Source: the human T2T-CHM13v2.0 reference genome, Homo sapiens
Direction: 5' to 3' (one strand)
Assembly (NCBI RefSeq): GCF_009914755.1
Contig: NC_060932.1
DNA: 64,000 nucleotides
Under the pieces are notes generated by a model. That model saw only the letters and a list, made by a program, of their open reading frames with translations. It did no database searches and was not told the origin of the DNA. Positions 41,210 through 62,519 of the stretch are shown in pieces. Made by a program: the position numbers and the translations under genes. Position 1 is the stretch's first letter. Each line of letters begins with the position of its first letter.

Positions 41210-44200
41210 AATCCACACAGGTAAAATACCTCCTTCTTCCTTGTCAGAATCCTATCTGCCCCCGGAGCATAAAGTCAGCCAGAAGTGACTCTGAAGATCC
41301 ACCTGACCCCAGATACTGGGGAGCCAAAGGACCACAGACCGGTGGTATTTACCTCTCTATGCAGCACCAGACCAGGCCTTGCCAGGAGTAATTCATCCAA
41401 CCCAAGGTGGGGAGAAAATACAACAGTAAGTCAGGTGTTGTTTTGTTTTCTAGTTTAACCATGAGATAAGTACTTATTACCAAAATTGTTTTGGTACTAT
41501 TACCTTTGAATGTAGCCTTTTCACATTGCTACTAATCATAGTATTCTTACTGCAGTCATTTTATGTTGTACTGTAGGAAATATTTACATTTGTTCTCATA
41601 GTCTGTTATAGCTCTGTTGACTAGAAATAATATTTTCTAAAACAAACTATAACTCACTATAAATAATCACAAATATAATTACCAACATTAAAAATAAAGA
41701 AATAAAAGTGTTTAGAGCCTATTCTACCTTAACATGTCTTTCTGATGATATATATATTATATATTATATATATAATATATATGTCCTTCCTTTTTCAGAC
41801 TGGAGTCAACATCATTAAAATCAAACCCTGCCCAGGGAATGTGACATAGCCAAGGTCTCAGGATTCCCAGTCTGAAAGCCAGAGCTTAGGTGTCATATCA
41901 AACATGAATCTGCAATCAATGAGTGAAGATAAAGGAATTATGTATATTTGATGGTCATCATTACCCATCTATTATTGTGCAGATGTCTTATTAATAAAAC
42001 TTACATTTTACATAACGTAATTCTAAATGTTAAATAGTTAACACCTAAATCATGAGTTTTAAATAATTTAAAATTTTTTATAGTTATTATGAAAAGTTAC
42101 CTACCATGTTCAAGACATATTCCTAAATCCTGGGGGATATAAAGATAATAAAATACAGACCATGAAAACCTGAAAAGTTACTGAAGGTACCTGAAAAGGT
42201 AGCTACACAATAGAGAGAGCATTTACTTTGGAGTCAGAGTGAAAGGTCACTGCACATAAGCTCTTGCATAAGTCACCCAACATCTGCTCCCAGGGAAAAT
42301 GATGACTTTATCAGAAACTTCGTTAGCATCCTTAAGATGCTAAAGACAAAAGCAAGCTAAGACTCTTTCTTCAATAGAGAAAAAAGCGATGTATGATTTT
42401 AAAATATTACTCTCAAATTACGTAGCGCCCCTGTGACTTCTAAACATCACCACCATCAAATATTTATAAAGGCAAATATTAGTAAATAGAATAATCCTCA
42501 ATCCCAAGCAAGTCAAATCACACTGACTAATTCAGTCATTTTACAACCAACTGCATAGACTCTTTAAGATTCATTTAAATTGAAAACCAGTATAAAAAAT
42601 AAAATACACGATAATTTCATTCTCTTAGAGAAAAATCTGTTCAGACTGTGAAAAATATCAGGGTTCAAATTTCTTGCCATGGTCTGGAGGGATAGCAGGA
42701 AGAAAAGTAAAAATTTTGATCAGAACATGATAGCACATGACTGGAATTGCTTAAAGGAAAAATCAAGTTGGTAAGTTGGAAAGAACAACGTAGAAAGTTA
42801 TAGTCACACAATTGAAAAATAGAGGGAAATTAAAATCAGCATTGAAATGATGATTTCCTGGCTAATGCCCAATAATTGTCTCTCTTTAAAATATTTATTT
42901 AAAACAGATTTTTTTAGTACTCTGTGATCTGGCATTTTCTCTCTTTCCTCTTCTTCATAATCAGACCTACTTAACAGCCAAGCGAAGATTTAAAGTTTGC
43001 CTTCGACTATCTTACAGTCTTTGAGCCTTCTCAAAATAATGAGCAAATTAGAATTTCATTGTACCATACCAGAAATAAGTTCTTTTACATACAAATGTCT
43101 GTCATAAAGTAATAATCTAAAGATGCAACAAAAAATGTAATTTTAGAACCTAATTTTATTGGTATGCTAAAAATGTGCTAATCACCACTATCAAATGACC
43201 TGCATTAATGAGGAGGCAATAACAAAAATTATTTTATCATAGATAATAACGAGAATGAACACATATAATACTTGCTATGCACCTGCCACTGTTCTGATAG
43301 TTTTCTATCTGCCTACTTACCTGTCTATGTCTACCTGACTACTCATCTATACAACTACATAAACCGTGCAACCTTAGTGGCTTTTATTCTATCTGATGTA
43401 TGGATATAAAAACTACAGTTTGGTTATGAAAAGAAAACCATTCTCTATCTCAATCCATGCTTCTAAAACCTCATTTGGTAATGAGGGTGCTCTAATGGCA
43501 ACAGCTGTCACTCATTGTGGTGAGATTCCCAGTTTGGCTGACTTGCAGAGGGCCCCTTCTTTCTCTAATTTTTTATCTCTACACTAAACTACTCCCTCTG
43601 CTATCCTCACAGCTTTCCCAGGCAGCAGATATGTGCCCTGTTTGGAGCCTCCAAACAAATACCCAAGCTTGCTGCACTCGGTTTTTACCTAACAGCACCT
43701 GGCACAGGTAAACTTAGTTATGTCAGCAACCATTCAAGAGTAGACCCAGAAAAGTGTAAATACAACCTCTTTCAAAAGCCAATCAGCTCGTCAATGTGAA
43801 CCAAAGAGGCAATTTCTATTTTGACAAATATTTAATTTAAATACCCAAATCAGTAAACCTAGTAAAATATCAATATAACTTCATATACAAGCCAGTTTGT
43901 TATGATGAACCAAAGAGGCAATTTTTGTGATAAAAATGTAAGTGGTGAGTGATGGCAGAAAGAATCAAAGCTGTTGTCATCCAGGCCCTGTCCACTGAGC
44001 AGCCTTTGATGTCTGCTCACATTAGCTGTGCTTTCTTGAGGTTGCCCAGTCATACTTATATTGAATCCATATTTTCTCATAATAGAGATTAAAAAACTTA
44101 CAAGAGCACATTTAATAAGTTTTTTTAACATCAACAAAGCATATATCTTTATTTGACTGGATATTTTTGATTTGGGTAATTATAAATGGTATATTTTCCT

Positions 44201-45364
44201 GAAACAAATTAATCATGAACCATGTGTAAAGTAGCAAGCCAACTGTACTTTTAGGAGTACAATTAAATTTCTCTGTGACTTTGCTTCCAGCGATTCTGGA
44301 TAAATTTGAATACTAGCAGGTCACTAGTGGTTACCAAGTTAAAGAGATAAAATTCAGAGCAGGGCCTCCAAAAGATAAAATCAAGACACTTGGAAAAATT
44401 AACAGGTGAGATTTAATAGGAAGTCAGCTATTTTTAATTATTTGTATATGATCATCCAATTTACTGAAAATTTTAAAAATCTTAACCTTCATTAGGCAAT
44501 TATGTCTATGTGGTTAAGGAATACACATGGAATATCAATTATGCACTACTAGACAATATATTTATTATATTTCATTATAGTGGCAAGAAACAGAAGATAA
44601 AATGTCAGAATAAAAAAAATACCATGAGACGAGGTGAGGTCAGCAAACATAAAATAGTAGGTAGCTCCAAGGGGTCCTCAGAGAAACATTAAAATATCAA
44701 GCAGTAACTGTCAAAACCAACTTCGTCAGAACTCTAGGAAAGTCAAAGGTTTACAGCAACAAAGCAAAGGCTGAATCAAGAAAAAGACAGCTTATAAATT
44801 GTAAGAAAGCTTTGTGGTGTTTTTACTTGCCCTTGCCCCACCCCCATCCTGGGTTCAAAGGTAGTCTTGAAATCAGCAGTCCAGGGTCCTGGGCCCTGGT
44901 TCTGGAAGGAGCAAAGCAGATTCATTCTCAGAGAATTCTCAAAGTATTTGTCCATTCGAACCTGTCTGGGGCCTACCTAAAAGACTGAGACAAGGTGCTT
45001 GTCTTCATTTCACTGAACTTAGAATTCACTCAGGGAAGAAAAGCAGCAGCCATTCCTCAAAACCATTCTAAAGCCAAAAAACAACTCAGGGACATGTGGG
45101 CACAAGATTATAGTGTAGGCAAATAACAGAGCAGCAAAAGCCTAGAAGGAAAGTTGAGAAAAGGGTTTCTTCGGAAAATTAGGATATTCAAAATTGCTGT
45201 GTACACTGGGAAATTTAGAAAGCCACAAGCATATCCAGGACTGAACTCAGGCTCAGAAAAGACCCAAGAAAACCCTGTTTGCATTTTTTGGCTGATCTCT
45301 TGGTTTAACACAAACAGAAAGTAAAGACTGAGACAGAGTTGTAAATGGTCTGGCTAAGCACTGA

Positions 45365-45793
<429 letters not shown>

Positions 45794-46940
45794 TCTGTTT
45801 TCTTGTTTTTATTTTTCATTTTGATTCCTGGCATTAGGGAAATCTCTACCAAAATTCTAGCTGGACACAAGTAAAAAGAACAGTCTTCAGAGACTACATG
45901 TAACAAAAAGAAGACTTTACAAAAAAGTAGTTTAGAAAAGTCACTAACAGCAAACAGCTACAGACCATAGCAAACAAAAACAAATCTTGAAGAGGGGAAA
46001 AAAACTGATTTCCAGAGTCACCATATTATCTATTCAAAATATCCAAGTTGCAACAGAAACTATGAGCCTTGCAAAGAAGCAAGAAAGTTTGTCCAGTTTG
46101 CAAAAGGCACTAATGAAAATTGTCCATGATGAAACAAACACAAACATTGGACTAACTAGACAAAGACTTTCAAATCAACTGTCTTAAATATGCTTTAAAA
46201 AAAGCCAAAAGAAACCACGGCAAAGAGATAAAGGAAACTGGAGAACAATGTATGAACAAATAGAGAATATCCATAGAGAAATAGAAAGTATGTAAAGGAA
46301 GCAGACATAGTGGAGATTAAAAATATAAAAAGACATATTGTAGCTGAAAAATACAGTAGCCAAATGAAAGACTCACTAGACAGTTTCAACAGCACATTTG
46401 AGAAGGCAAAAGAAAGAATCAGCACTCTGGAAGATAGGTCAACTGAAATTATCCAGCCTGAGGAGCAGAAAGTAAAAAGAATGAAGAAAAATGAACAGAA
46501 CCTAAGAGACTGTGGGACACTATCAAGCATGTTAACATACACATAAATGAGAAATCCCAAGAAAAGAGAGAGAGAAAAAGGAAAATAAAGAATACTTCAA
46601 GAAATAGTAGACAAAACCTTTCCAAATTTGATAAAAGATAAGAATCTGAACATCCAAGAAGTTCAGTGAGTTCCAAGAAAGATAAATGCAAAAGATCCGC
46701 AGAGAGACAAATTATTATCACATTTTGATAGCCAAAAACAAGAACATGTTTAAAGCACTAAGAGAGAAGCAACTTGTCATGTACAAGCGACCCACAGTAA
46801 GATTAACAGCAGATTTATCATCAGAAACCATGCAGACATGAAGGAAACAGAATGACATTTTAAAGTGCTGAAAATTTTTAAAACTGTCAACAAAAGTCTT
46901 TTATATCTAGCAAATGTATCCCTCGAAAATGAATAATAAG

Positions 46941-48535
46941 ATGGCATACTGCCCAAAGCAATTTGCAGATTCAATGCTATTCGTAGCAAACTACAAATGA
47001 CATTTTTCAAAGAATTAGAAAAATCTATTTTACAATTAATATGGAACCAAAAAAAAACCCATATAGCCAAGGCAATCCGAAGCAAAAAGAATAAAACTGG
47101 AGGCATTACATTATCCAACTTCAAACTATAATACAAGGCTATAGTAATCAAAACAACATGGTACTGGTACAAAAACAAACACATAGACCAATGGAAAAGA
47201 ATAGAGTCCAAAAATAATGCCACACACTTACAATCAATTGATCTTAGACAAAATTGACAAAAACAAGCAGTGGGAAATTACTTCCTATTCAATAAATAAT
47301 GCTGGGATAACTGGCTAGCCATATGCAGAAGATTAAAACTGGATGCCTTCCTTACACCATATATAAAAATAAATTCAAGATGGATTGAACACTGAAATGT
47401 AACATGTAAAACTATAAAAACCTTGTAAGATAACCTAGAAAATATGATTCTGGACATAGGCCTTGGCAAAGATTTTATGACAAAGATGCCAAAAGCAATT
47501 GCAACACAAACAAAAAGTGACAAATGTGACCTAATTAAACTAAAGAGCTTCTACGCAGCAAAATAAAGTATCAACAGAGTAAACAGACAGCCTACAAAAC
47601 GGGAGAAAATATTTGCAAACTATGCATCCAACAAAGGTCTAATATCCAGAATCTATAAGGAATGTAAAGAAATCACCAAGCAAACCACAAACAACCCCGT
47701 TAAAAAGTAGGCAAGGGACATAAACACTTTTCAAAAAAGTCATACGCACAGCCAACAAGCATATGAAAAAATGCTCAACATCACTAATCATTAGAGAAAT
47801 GTAAATCAAACCCACAATGAGATACTGTCTCATAACAGTCAGAATAGTTATTATCTAAGAGTCAAAAATAACAGATGCTGGCAAGGTTGTAGAGAAAAGG
47901 GAATGCTTATACACTGCTGGTGAGAACATAAATTAGTTCAGCCATTGGGGAAAGCAGTGTGGCTATTTCTCAAAGAACTTAAAGCAGTATTACCATTCGA
48001 CCTACCAACCTCTTTGTTGGGTATATACCCAAAGAAATATAAATTGTTCTGTCATAAAGACACATGCATACTTATGTTCATCACAGCACTATTCATAACA
48101 ACGAAGACACAGAATCAACTTAAAAGGCCATCAACGGTAAACTGGATAAAGAAAATGTAGTATATATACACCATGGAATACCGTGCAACCATTAAAAAGA
48201 ATGAGATCATGTTCTTTACAGCAATATGGATGGAGTTGGAGGACATTATCCTTAGTAAACTAATGCAGGAACAGAAAACCAAATACCACATGTTCTTACT
48301 TATAAGTGGAAGCTAAACAATGAGAACACATGGACACAAAGAAGAGAACAACAGACACCAGAGCCTACTTAGGGTGAGGAATGGGAGGAGGGAAAAAAAT
48401 TGAGAAACTACCTATTGGGTATGATGCTCATTAGCTGGGTAATGAAATAATCTGTACACCAAACCCCCATGACATGCAATTTACCTGTATTACAAAGCTG
48501 CACATGTACCCCTCAACCTAAAATAAAAGCTTTTT
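46941..48535 (+). mobile_element. 5'-truncated L1PA13-16-like insertion in L1M ORF1
   Basis: ORF2 3' part and 3'UTR (CCAAACCCCCATGACATGCAATTTACC...CCTAAAATAAAAG); AAAATGAA on both sides. Confidence 0.88.
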
Positions 48536-49409
48536 AAAAATGAAGATATTAAGACATTTCCAGATAAACAAGAGCTAAGAGATTTTATTGTTAGTGGACC
48601 TATCCTACAAGAAATTTTAGAGGGAATCTTTTGAGCTGACATGAAAGGACACTAAATAACAGCTCTAAACAATACAGAGAAGTGAAAATATCCAGTAGAG
48701 ATAACTATATAGGTAATTATAAAGGACACAATTATTAAATTTCAGGGTTTAAGTCTTCTTTTGATTTCCCATATGATCTAAAATGTAAATACATAAAATA
48801 ATAGCTATAAATTTATGTTCACAGGCACACCATAATAAAGATGTAATATGTAATAGTAACAACATAACAGTGGAGGTACAGATTGTATAGGGCAGAGTTT
48901 ATGCTATTGAAGCTAAGTTGATATCAATTACCTCGTGTCTCATTTCTCAAGGAAATGGGATCAGAATCAAAATAGTAAAATAAAAAATTAATTAAATGCA
49001 AAAGAAGGTAGTAATGGAGGAGAAGAAGAACAGGAAAGGTATAAAACATACAGAAAACAGGAAAATGACAGAAGTAAGTCCTTTCTTACCAGTAATTATT
49101 TTTAATATAAATAGATTGAGTTCTCCAATCAAAAGGCAGAGAGCAGCAGAATGACTTTTAAAACATGATGCAAATAATTTTTTTGGCTATGACTCCAAAA
49201 CAACAAACAACAGGGCCCCAAATTATATGAAGAAAAAAGGACCACTGAAGAGAGAAAGTGATAGTTCTACAGTAATAGTTGGAGACTCCAATACCCTACT
49301 TTTAATAATGGATAGAACATGTAGACAGAAGATAAATAACAATATAGAGGACTTGAAAAGCACTGTAAATCAACTACATCTAACAGGCTATATTATTTAC
49401 ACCACAACA

Positions 49410-49724
49410 GGCAGGGTGGGGTGGCTCATGCCTGTAATCCCAGCACTTTGGGAAGCTGAGGCAGGCAGATCACTTGAGCCCAGGAGTTCAAGACTACCCT
49501 GGTCAACATGGCAAAATCTTGTCTCTACAAAATGTAAAGAAAAATGAGCCAGGCATGGTGGCACATGCCTGTAGTCCCAGCTACTCAGGAGGCTAAGGTG
49601 GGAGGATCATGTGAGCCAAGAGTTCAAGGCTGCAGTGAACTATGATTGCATTACTGCCTGGGCAACAGAATGAGACCCTATCTCAATCAATCAATCAATC
49701 AATAAAGTATTTAAAAAATAAAAA
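49410..49724 (+). mobile_element. AluJ
   Basis: GATCACTTGAGCCCAGGAGTTCAAG; (TCAA)n tail; TSD core TATTTACACCAC. Confidence 0.9.
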
Positions 49725-49950
49725 TATTTACACCACGATGCAGTTATAGAATAAACATTTTTTCAAGTACTTATGGAACGTTTAAGATGGACCACATATC
49801 AAACCATAAGTAAGTCCAAAGTATTAATAAGCTTTAATAGATTGAAATAATACAAAATATCTTCCCTAACCAAATAGAATGAATTTAGAAATCAGTAACA
49901 GAAGTAAAACTGGAAAATTCATAAATATGTGGCAATTAAACTATATACCC

Positions 49951-52192
49951 TTTTGTTTTTTGTTTTGTTTTGTTTTCTGTAATTTTAGATTTTCTGTTAT
50001 TTTAGATTCAGGGGGTACATGTGTAGGTTTGTTACATGGGTATACTGGGTGATGCTGAGTTTTGGAGTATAAATGATCCTGTCATACAGATAGTGATCGC
50101 ATTACACAATATGTAGCTTTTCAGTCCTTGCACCCTTCCCTCTCTCACCATTCTAATACCCCCCGTGTCAATTTGTTCCCATATTTATGTCCATATGTAC
50201 CCAATGTTTAGCTCACACTTACAAGTGAGAACACATGGTATTTGGTTTTTCTGTTTCTGCATTAATGTGCTTAGGATAATGAGCTCCAGCTGCATCCACG
50301 TTACTGCAAAGGACATGATTTCATTCTCTTTTGTGGATGCATAGTAGTCCATGGTGTATGTGTACCACATTTTCTGTATCCAATCCACTGTTGATAGGCA
50401 CCTAGGTTGATTCTGTCTTTGTTATCGTGAGAGTGCTATAATGAACATATGAATGCATGTGTCTTTTTGGTAGTACAGTTGTTTTTCCTTTGGGTATATA
50501 CCCTGCAATGAGATTGCTGGGTCGAATGGTAGTTTAAGTTCTTTGAGAAATCTCCAACCTGCTTTCCACAGAGACTGAACTAATTTACATTCCCACCAAC
50601 AGCATATATGTGTTCTCCTTTCTCTGCAGCCTTACCAGCATCTGTTGTTTTTTAACTTCTTAATAATAGCCATTATCTGCAGTGAGCTATGGTCATGTCA
50701 CTGCATTCTAGCCTGTGTGACAGAGCAAGACCCCATCTCTAAAAAGAAGAAGAAGAATAGCCATTCTGACAGGTGTGAAATAGTGTTTTACTGTGGTTTC
50801 AATTTGCATTTCTCAGATGATTAGTGACGTGGAGCATTTTTTCATATGTTTGTTGGCCGCTTGTATGTCTTTCTTTGAGAAGTGTCTGTTCATGTTCTTT
50901 GTTCACTTTTTGATGGGGTTATGTGTTTTTGGCTTCTTTAATTGTTTAAGTTCCTTATACATTCTGAATACTAGACTGTTATTGGATGCACAGTTTGTAA
51001 ATATTTCCTTCTATCCTATAGCCTATTTATTCTGTTGATAGTTTCTTTTGTTATGGAGGAGCTCTATAGTTTAATCAGGTCCTGCTTGTCAATTTTTGTT
51101 TTTGTTGCAATTGCTTTTGAGGACTTAGTCATAAATTATTTCCCAAGTCCAGCATCCAGAATGGTATTTCCTAGGTTTTCTAGGATTTTTAGAGTTTGTG
51201 ATCTTATATCTGTATCTTTAGTGCAATTTGAGCTAATTTTTTTATACAGTGAAATGTAGGGATCCAGTATCCTTCTTCTGCATATGGCTAGCCAGTTATC
51301 GCAGCACCATTTATTGAATAGGGAGTCTTTTCCCCATTGTTTATTTTTGTTGTTGGCTTTTTCAAAGATCAGTTGGCTGTAGGTGTGAAGCTTTCTTTCT
51401 GGGTTCTCTATTCTGTTCCATTGGTTTATATGTCTGTTTTTGAATCAGTACCATGCTGTTTTGGTTACTATAGCCTCATAATATAGTTTGAAGTTGGGTT
51501 ATGTGATGCCTCTGGCTTTGCTCTTTTTGCTTAAGACTTCTTTGGCTATTTGGCTGTCATTTGGTTCTGTATTAATTTTAGAATAGTTTTTTACAATTCT
51601 GTGAAAAATGACATTCGTAGTTTGATAGGAACAGTGCTGAATCTGTAGATTCTTTGGGCAGTGTGGCCATTTTAATAATGTTTATTCTTCCAATCCATGA
51701 GCATGGACTGTTTTTCCATTTGTTTGTGACATCTATGATTTCTTTCAGCAGTGTTTTGTACTTTTCCTTATAGAGCTCTTTCACCTCTTTGGTTAGATGT
51801 ATTCCTACATATTTTATTTTTTTGTGGCTATTGAAAATGGGATTGCACTCGATATGGCTCCCGGTTTGAACATTATTAGTGTATAGAAATGATATTGATT
51901 TCTGTACATTGACTTTGTACTGTGAAACCTTACTGAAGTCACTTATCAGTTCTGGGAGCCTTTTGGTGGAATCTTTAGGGTTTTGTAGGTACAGAATCAT
52001 ATTGTCAGTGAAGACAGATAATTTGACTTCTTCTTTTCCTATTTGGAAGTCTTTTATTTCTTTCTCTAGTCTGATTTCTCTGAATAGGACTTTCAGTACT
52101 ATGTTGAATAGGGGTGGTGAGAGTAGGTATCCTGTCTTCTTCTAGTTTTTAAGGGGAATGCTTCCAGCTTTTGCCCATCCAGTATGATGTCA
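49951..52192 (-). mobile_element. 5'-truncated L1PA13-16/L1PB-like insertion in L1M ORF2
   Basis: Antisense 3'UTR at ~49990-50250; RT peptide 51578-52000 ([26 protein letters not shown]). Confidence 0.88.
50677..50755 (+). mobile_element. Extremely 5'-truncated Alu/FRAM-like 3' end
   Basis: CTGCAGTGAGCTATG...GACAGAGCAAGACCCCATCTCTAAAAAGAAG with TSD AATAGCCATT(A/C)T (50665-50676, 50756-50767). Confidence 0.85.
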
Positions 52193-54329
52193 GATGACAA
52201 CACACTCTTTAAATGACAAATGGGTCAGAGAAGAAATCATGAGGGAAATTTAAAAATACTTAGGACAAACGAAAACAAAAATACTATATACCAAAACTTA
52301 CGGGATGCAGTGAAAGCAGTGCTGAGAGAGAAATTTATAACTGTAAAGGCCTACATTTTCAAAAAGTAGAAGATCTCAAATGGATAACCTAACTTTACAT
52401 CTGAAGGAGTTAGAAACAGAAAAGCAAGCTAAATGCAAAGCAACCAGAAGGAAGAAAATTAAGATTAGAGTGGAGATAAATGAAACAGAGAAGAGAAAAA
52501 CAATAAATAGAGTCAATGAAACCAAAAGTTGGTTCTTTGAAAAGATCAATACAATTTTAAAAACTTTAGCTAGGCTAACCATGAAAGCAAGAAAAATAAA
52601 AAGTGAAGACAATACTACTGACTTTATTAAAAGAGATAAATAAAATATGAGAGTACTATTAAAATTGTACACCAACAAATTAGATAACCTAAATAAAATA
52701 GAGAAATTATTAGAAATAGACAAATTACAAAAACTGTCTCAAAAAAAGCAGAAAATCTGAGTGGGGGGCGAAGTACTTTTTAAGAGATTGAATCAATAAT
52801 CAAAAACCTCACAACAAAGAAAACCTCAAGACCAGATAGTTTCACTCGTAAATTTTATCAAATATTTAAAGAATTAATACCACCTCTTCTCAAAATTTTC
52901 CAAAAAAATAGAAGAGGAAAGAACGCTTCTTAACTCACTCTATGAGTTTAGTATTAGCCTGCTACTAAACACAGACAACACACCACAAGAGAAGAAAATA
53001 CAGAGCAATATCTTTTAGTAATAGTGATGCAAAAATTGTTCAACAAAATACTGGAAAATTGAATAAAAAACATAACATAAACATTATTCACCAGGATCAA
53101 GTAGATTTAACCTAAGAATGCAAGGATAGTTTAACATAAGAAAGTCAACCAATGTTATGCACCACATTAATGGAATGATGGAGGAGAAAACACAATCCTA
53201 TCAAATGATACGTAAAAAGTATTTGACAAAATTCAACACCCTTTTATAATCAACAAAGAATACTCAAAAAACAAGTAATAGCAGGAAATTTCTGAACATA
53301 ATAAAGGACATTTATTAAAAATCCAGATAACATTATACTTAATGGTGAAAGAAACCTTCCCCCTAAGATCAGGAACATGACAAAGATGCCTATTTTCATC
53401 ACTACTATTTAACGCTATATTGGAAGTTCTAGCCAGAGCAGTTAGGCAATAAAAAGAAATACAGGCATCCAAACTGGAAAATAAGAAGTAAAACTATCTC
53501 TATTCACAGATGGCATAATGTGTATCTAGAAAATCTCAAAGATTTCAGAAAATAACTACTATAGATAATAAATCAATTTATCACACTTGCAGGTACAAAG
53601 TCAACATGCAAAAATCTGCTGTGTTCTGTACATAAGCAATAAATAATCTGAAAAGAAAATTAAGAAAACAATTATACTTATCATCAAAAAGAATAAAATG
53701 TCTAGAAATAAATTTAATCAAAGTAAACATTTATACATTAAAAACTACAAACATTGCTAAAAGAATAAGGAAGACCTAAATAAATGAAAAAGGATTTCAT
53801 GTTTATGAATTGGAAAGCTTAAGATGTTGAGATTACAACTACCAAAGTGATACACAGATGTAATACAATCCTTATAAAATTTCCAATGACTTTTTTTTTT
53901 TTCTGCAGAAGTAGAAAACCTGTCCTGAGTAGTGGTTCTCCCAGCATGGACTGTGAGATCTGAGAATGGACAGACTGCCTCCTCAAGTGGGTCCCTGACC
54001 CCAGAGTAGCCTAACTGGGAGGTAACCCCAGTAGGGGCAGACTGACACCTCACACGGCTGGGTACCCCTCTGAGATGAAGCTTCCAGAGGAACGATCAGG
54101 TAGCAACATTTGCTGTTCAGCAACATTCACTGCTCTGCAGCCTCCACTGCTAATTCCCAGGCAAACAGGGTCTGGAGTGGACCTCCAGGAAACTCCAACA
54201 GACCTGCAGCTGAGGGTCCTGACTATTAGAAGGAAAACTAACAAACAGAAAGGACATCCACACCAAAACCCCATCTGTATGTTACCATCATCAAAGACCA
54301 AAGGTAGATAAAACCATAAAACCACAAAG

Positions 54330-55346
54330 ATGGGGAAAAAAACAGAGCAGAAAAGCTGAAAAGTCTAAAAATCAGAGTGCCTCTCCCCCTACAAATGAAT
54401 GCAGCTCCTCACCAGCAATGGAACAAAGCAGGACAGAGAATGACTTTGACGAGTTGAAAGAAGAAGGCTTCAGACGATCAAACTTACCTGAGATAAAGGA
54501 CTAAGTTCGAACCCATCGCAAAGAAGCCAAAAACCTTGAAAAAAGATTAGACGAATGGCTAACTAGAATAAACAGTGTAGAGAAGTCCTTAAATGACCTG
54601 ATGGAGCTGAAAACCATTGCACAAGAACTACATAATGAATGCACAAGCTTCAGTAGCCGATTCTATCAACCGGAAGAAAGGGTATCAGTGATGGAAGACC
54701 AAATGAATGAAATGAAGTGAAAAGAGAAGTTTAGAGAAAAAAGAGTAAAAAGAAATGAACAAAGCCTCCAAGAAATATGGGACTATGTGAAAAGACCAAA
54801 TCTACATCTGATTGGTCTACCTGAAAGTGACAGGGAGAATGGAACCAAGTTAGAAAACACTCTTCAGGATATTATCCAGGAGAACTTCCCCAACATAGCA
54901 AGGCAGGCCAACATTCAAATTCAGGAAATACAGAGAACGCCACAAAGATACTCCTCAAGAAGAGCAACTCCAAGACATATAATTGTCAGATTCACCAAAG
55001 TTGAAATGAAGGAAAAAATGTTAAGGGCAGCCAGAGAGAAAGGTCGGGTTACCCACAAGGGGAAGCCCATCAGACTAACGGCAGATCTGTCAGCAGAAAC
55101 TCTACAAGCCAGAAGAGACTGGCGGCGAATATTCAACATTCTTAAAGAAAAGAATTTTCAACCCAGAATTTCATATCCAGCCAAACTAGCTTCATAACTG
55201 AAGGATAAATAAAATACTTTACAGACAAACAAATGCTGAGAGATTTTGTCACCACCAGGCCTGCCCTAAAAGAGCTCCTGAAGGAAGCACTAAACATGGA
55301 AAGGAACAATCGGTACCAGCCACTGCAAAAACATGCCAAATTGTAA
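54330..55346 (+). pseudogene. L1 ORF1p, disrupted
   Basis: Fragment 54787-55197 (KRPNLHLIGLPE...AREKGRVTHKGKPIRLTADLS); premature stops upstream and a frameshift near 55190. Confidence 0.9.
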
Positions 55347-55394
55347 AGACCATCGAGGCTAGGAAGAAACTGCATCAACTAACGACCAAAATAA

Positions 55395-59240
<3,846 letters not shown>

Positions 59241-59463
59241 ACAATGAGAACACATGGACACAGGAAGGGGAACATCATACTCTGGGGACTGTTGTGAGAT
59301 GGAGGGAGCGGGGAGGGATAGCATTAGGAGATATACCTAATGCTAAATGATGAGTTAATGGGTGCAGCACACCAGCATGGGCACATGTATACATATGTAA
59401 CTAACCCACACATTGTGCACATGTACCCTAAAACTTAAAGTATAATAATATAAAATAAAGTGA

Positions 59464-61290
<1,827 letters not shown>

Positions 61291-61355
61291 TTAAAAAGAT
61301 CACATTTGATCAGAGAACTAAAAGTGAAGGAGACAGTTATGCCAGTCTCTAATAG

Positions 61356-61849
<494 letters not shown>

Positions 61850-62011
61850 ATGATATTTATATTTTTTAAAAAATAAAAGCCTATAGTAGCAGCAGCAGCG
61901 TGAAGGGGGCTGAGTCTAGGAGCTCACGTCAGAAAAGGGCCCCAGGCTGATTGTAGACGGCCACATAGGTTATGGCGGGGACACGGATCCATAGGTGGAA
62001 GAGAAGACTTT

Positions 62012-62498
62012 TGAATCAGTCAGGGTTCTCCAGAGAAACAGAACCAATAGGAAATACATGGAGACATAAAAGAGAAGATTTACACAGGAATTGCCTCACA
62101 TGGTTGTGGAAGCCGAGAAGTCCCATGATCTGCCCTCTGCAAGCTGAAGACCCAGGAAAGCCCGTGGTACAGTCTGAAGGCCTGAGAGCTGGCCGGCTGT
62201 TGGTGCAGATTCCAGTTTTGAAGTCTGAGAGCCAGGAGAGCCATGGGCAAAAGATGGATGTCCCAGCTCAGCATTCAGGCAGAGTGCAAATTCCTCCTCC
62301 CTCTGACTTTTTGTTCTATGCAGGCCCTCAGTGGATAGGATAGCACCCACCCACACTAGGGACAGCCATCTGCTGTCCTCAGGCCACCAATTCATGCTTA
62401 TCTCTTCCAGAAACACCCTCTCAGACACACTCAGAAATCATGTCTAATCACATATCTGGGCATCCTGCGCCCTGATTAATTTAAAATTAACCATCATA
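62012..62498 (-). mobile_element. MLT2 (ERVL) LTR
   Basis: AGTCAGGGTTCTCCAGAGAAACAGAACCAATAGG...AAAATTAACCATCA. Confidence 0.85.
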
Positions 62499-62519
62499 CC
62501 ATCAACGGATGGTGTTGAG

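Noticed and set aside
53927-54330. L1 antisense promoter/ORF0 driving PXDNL-sense chimeric transcripts
   Set aside because: The element starts only ~400 bp before ORF1, downstream of the ORF0 and antisense-promoter region, which is absent.
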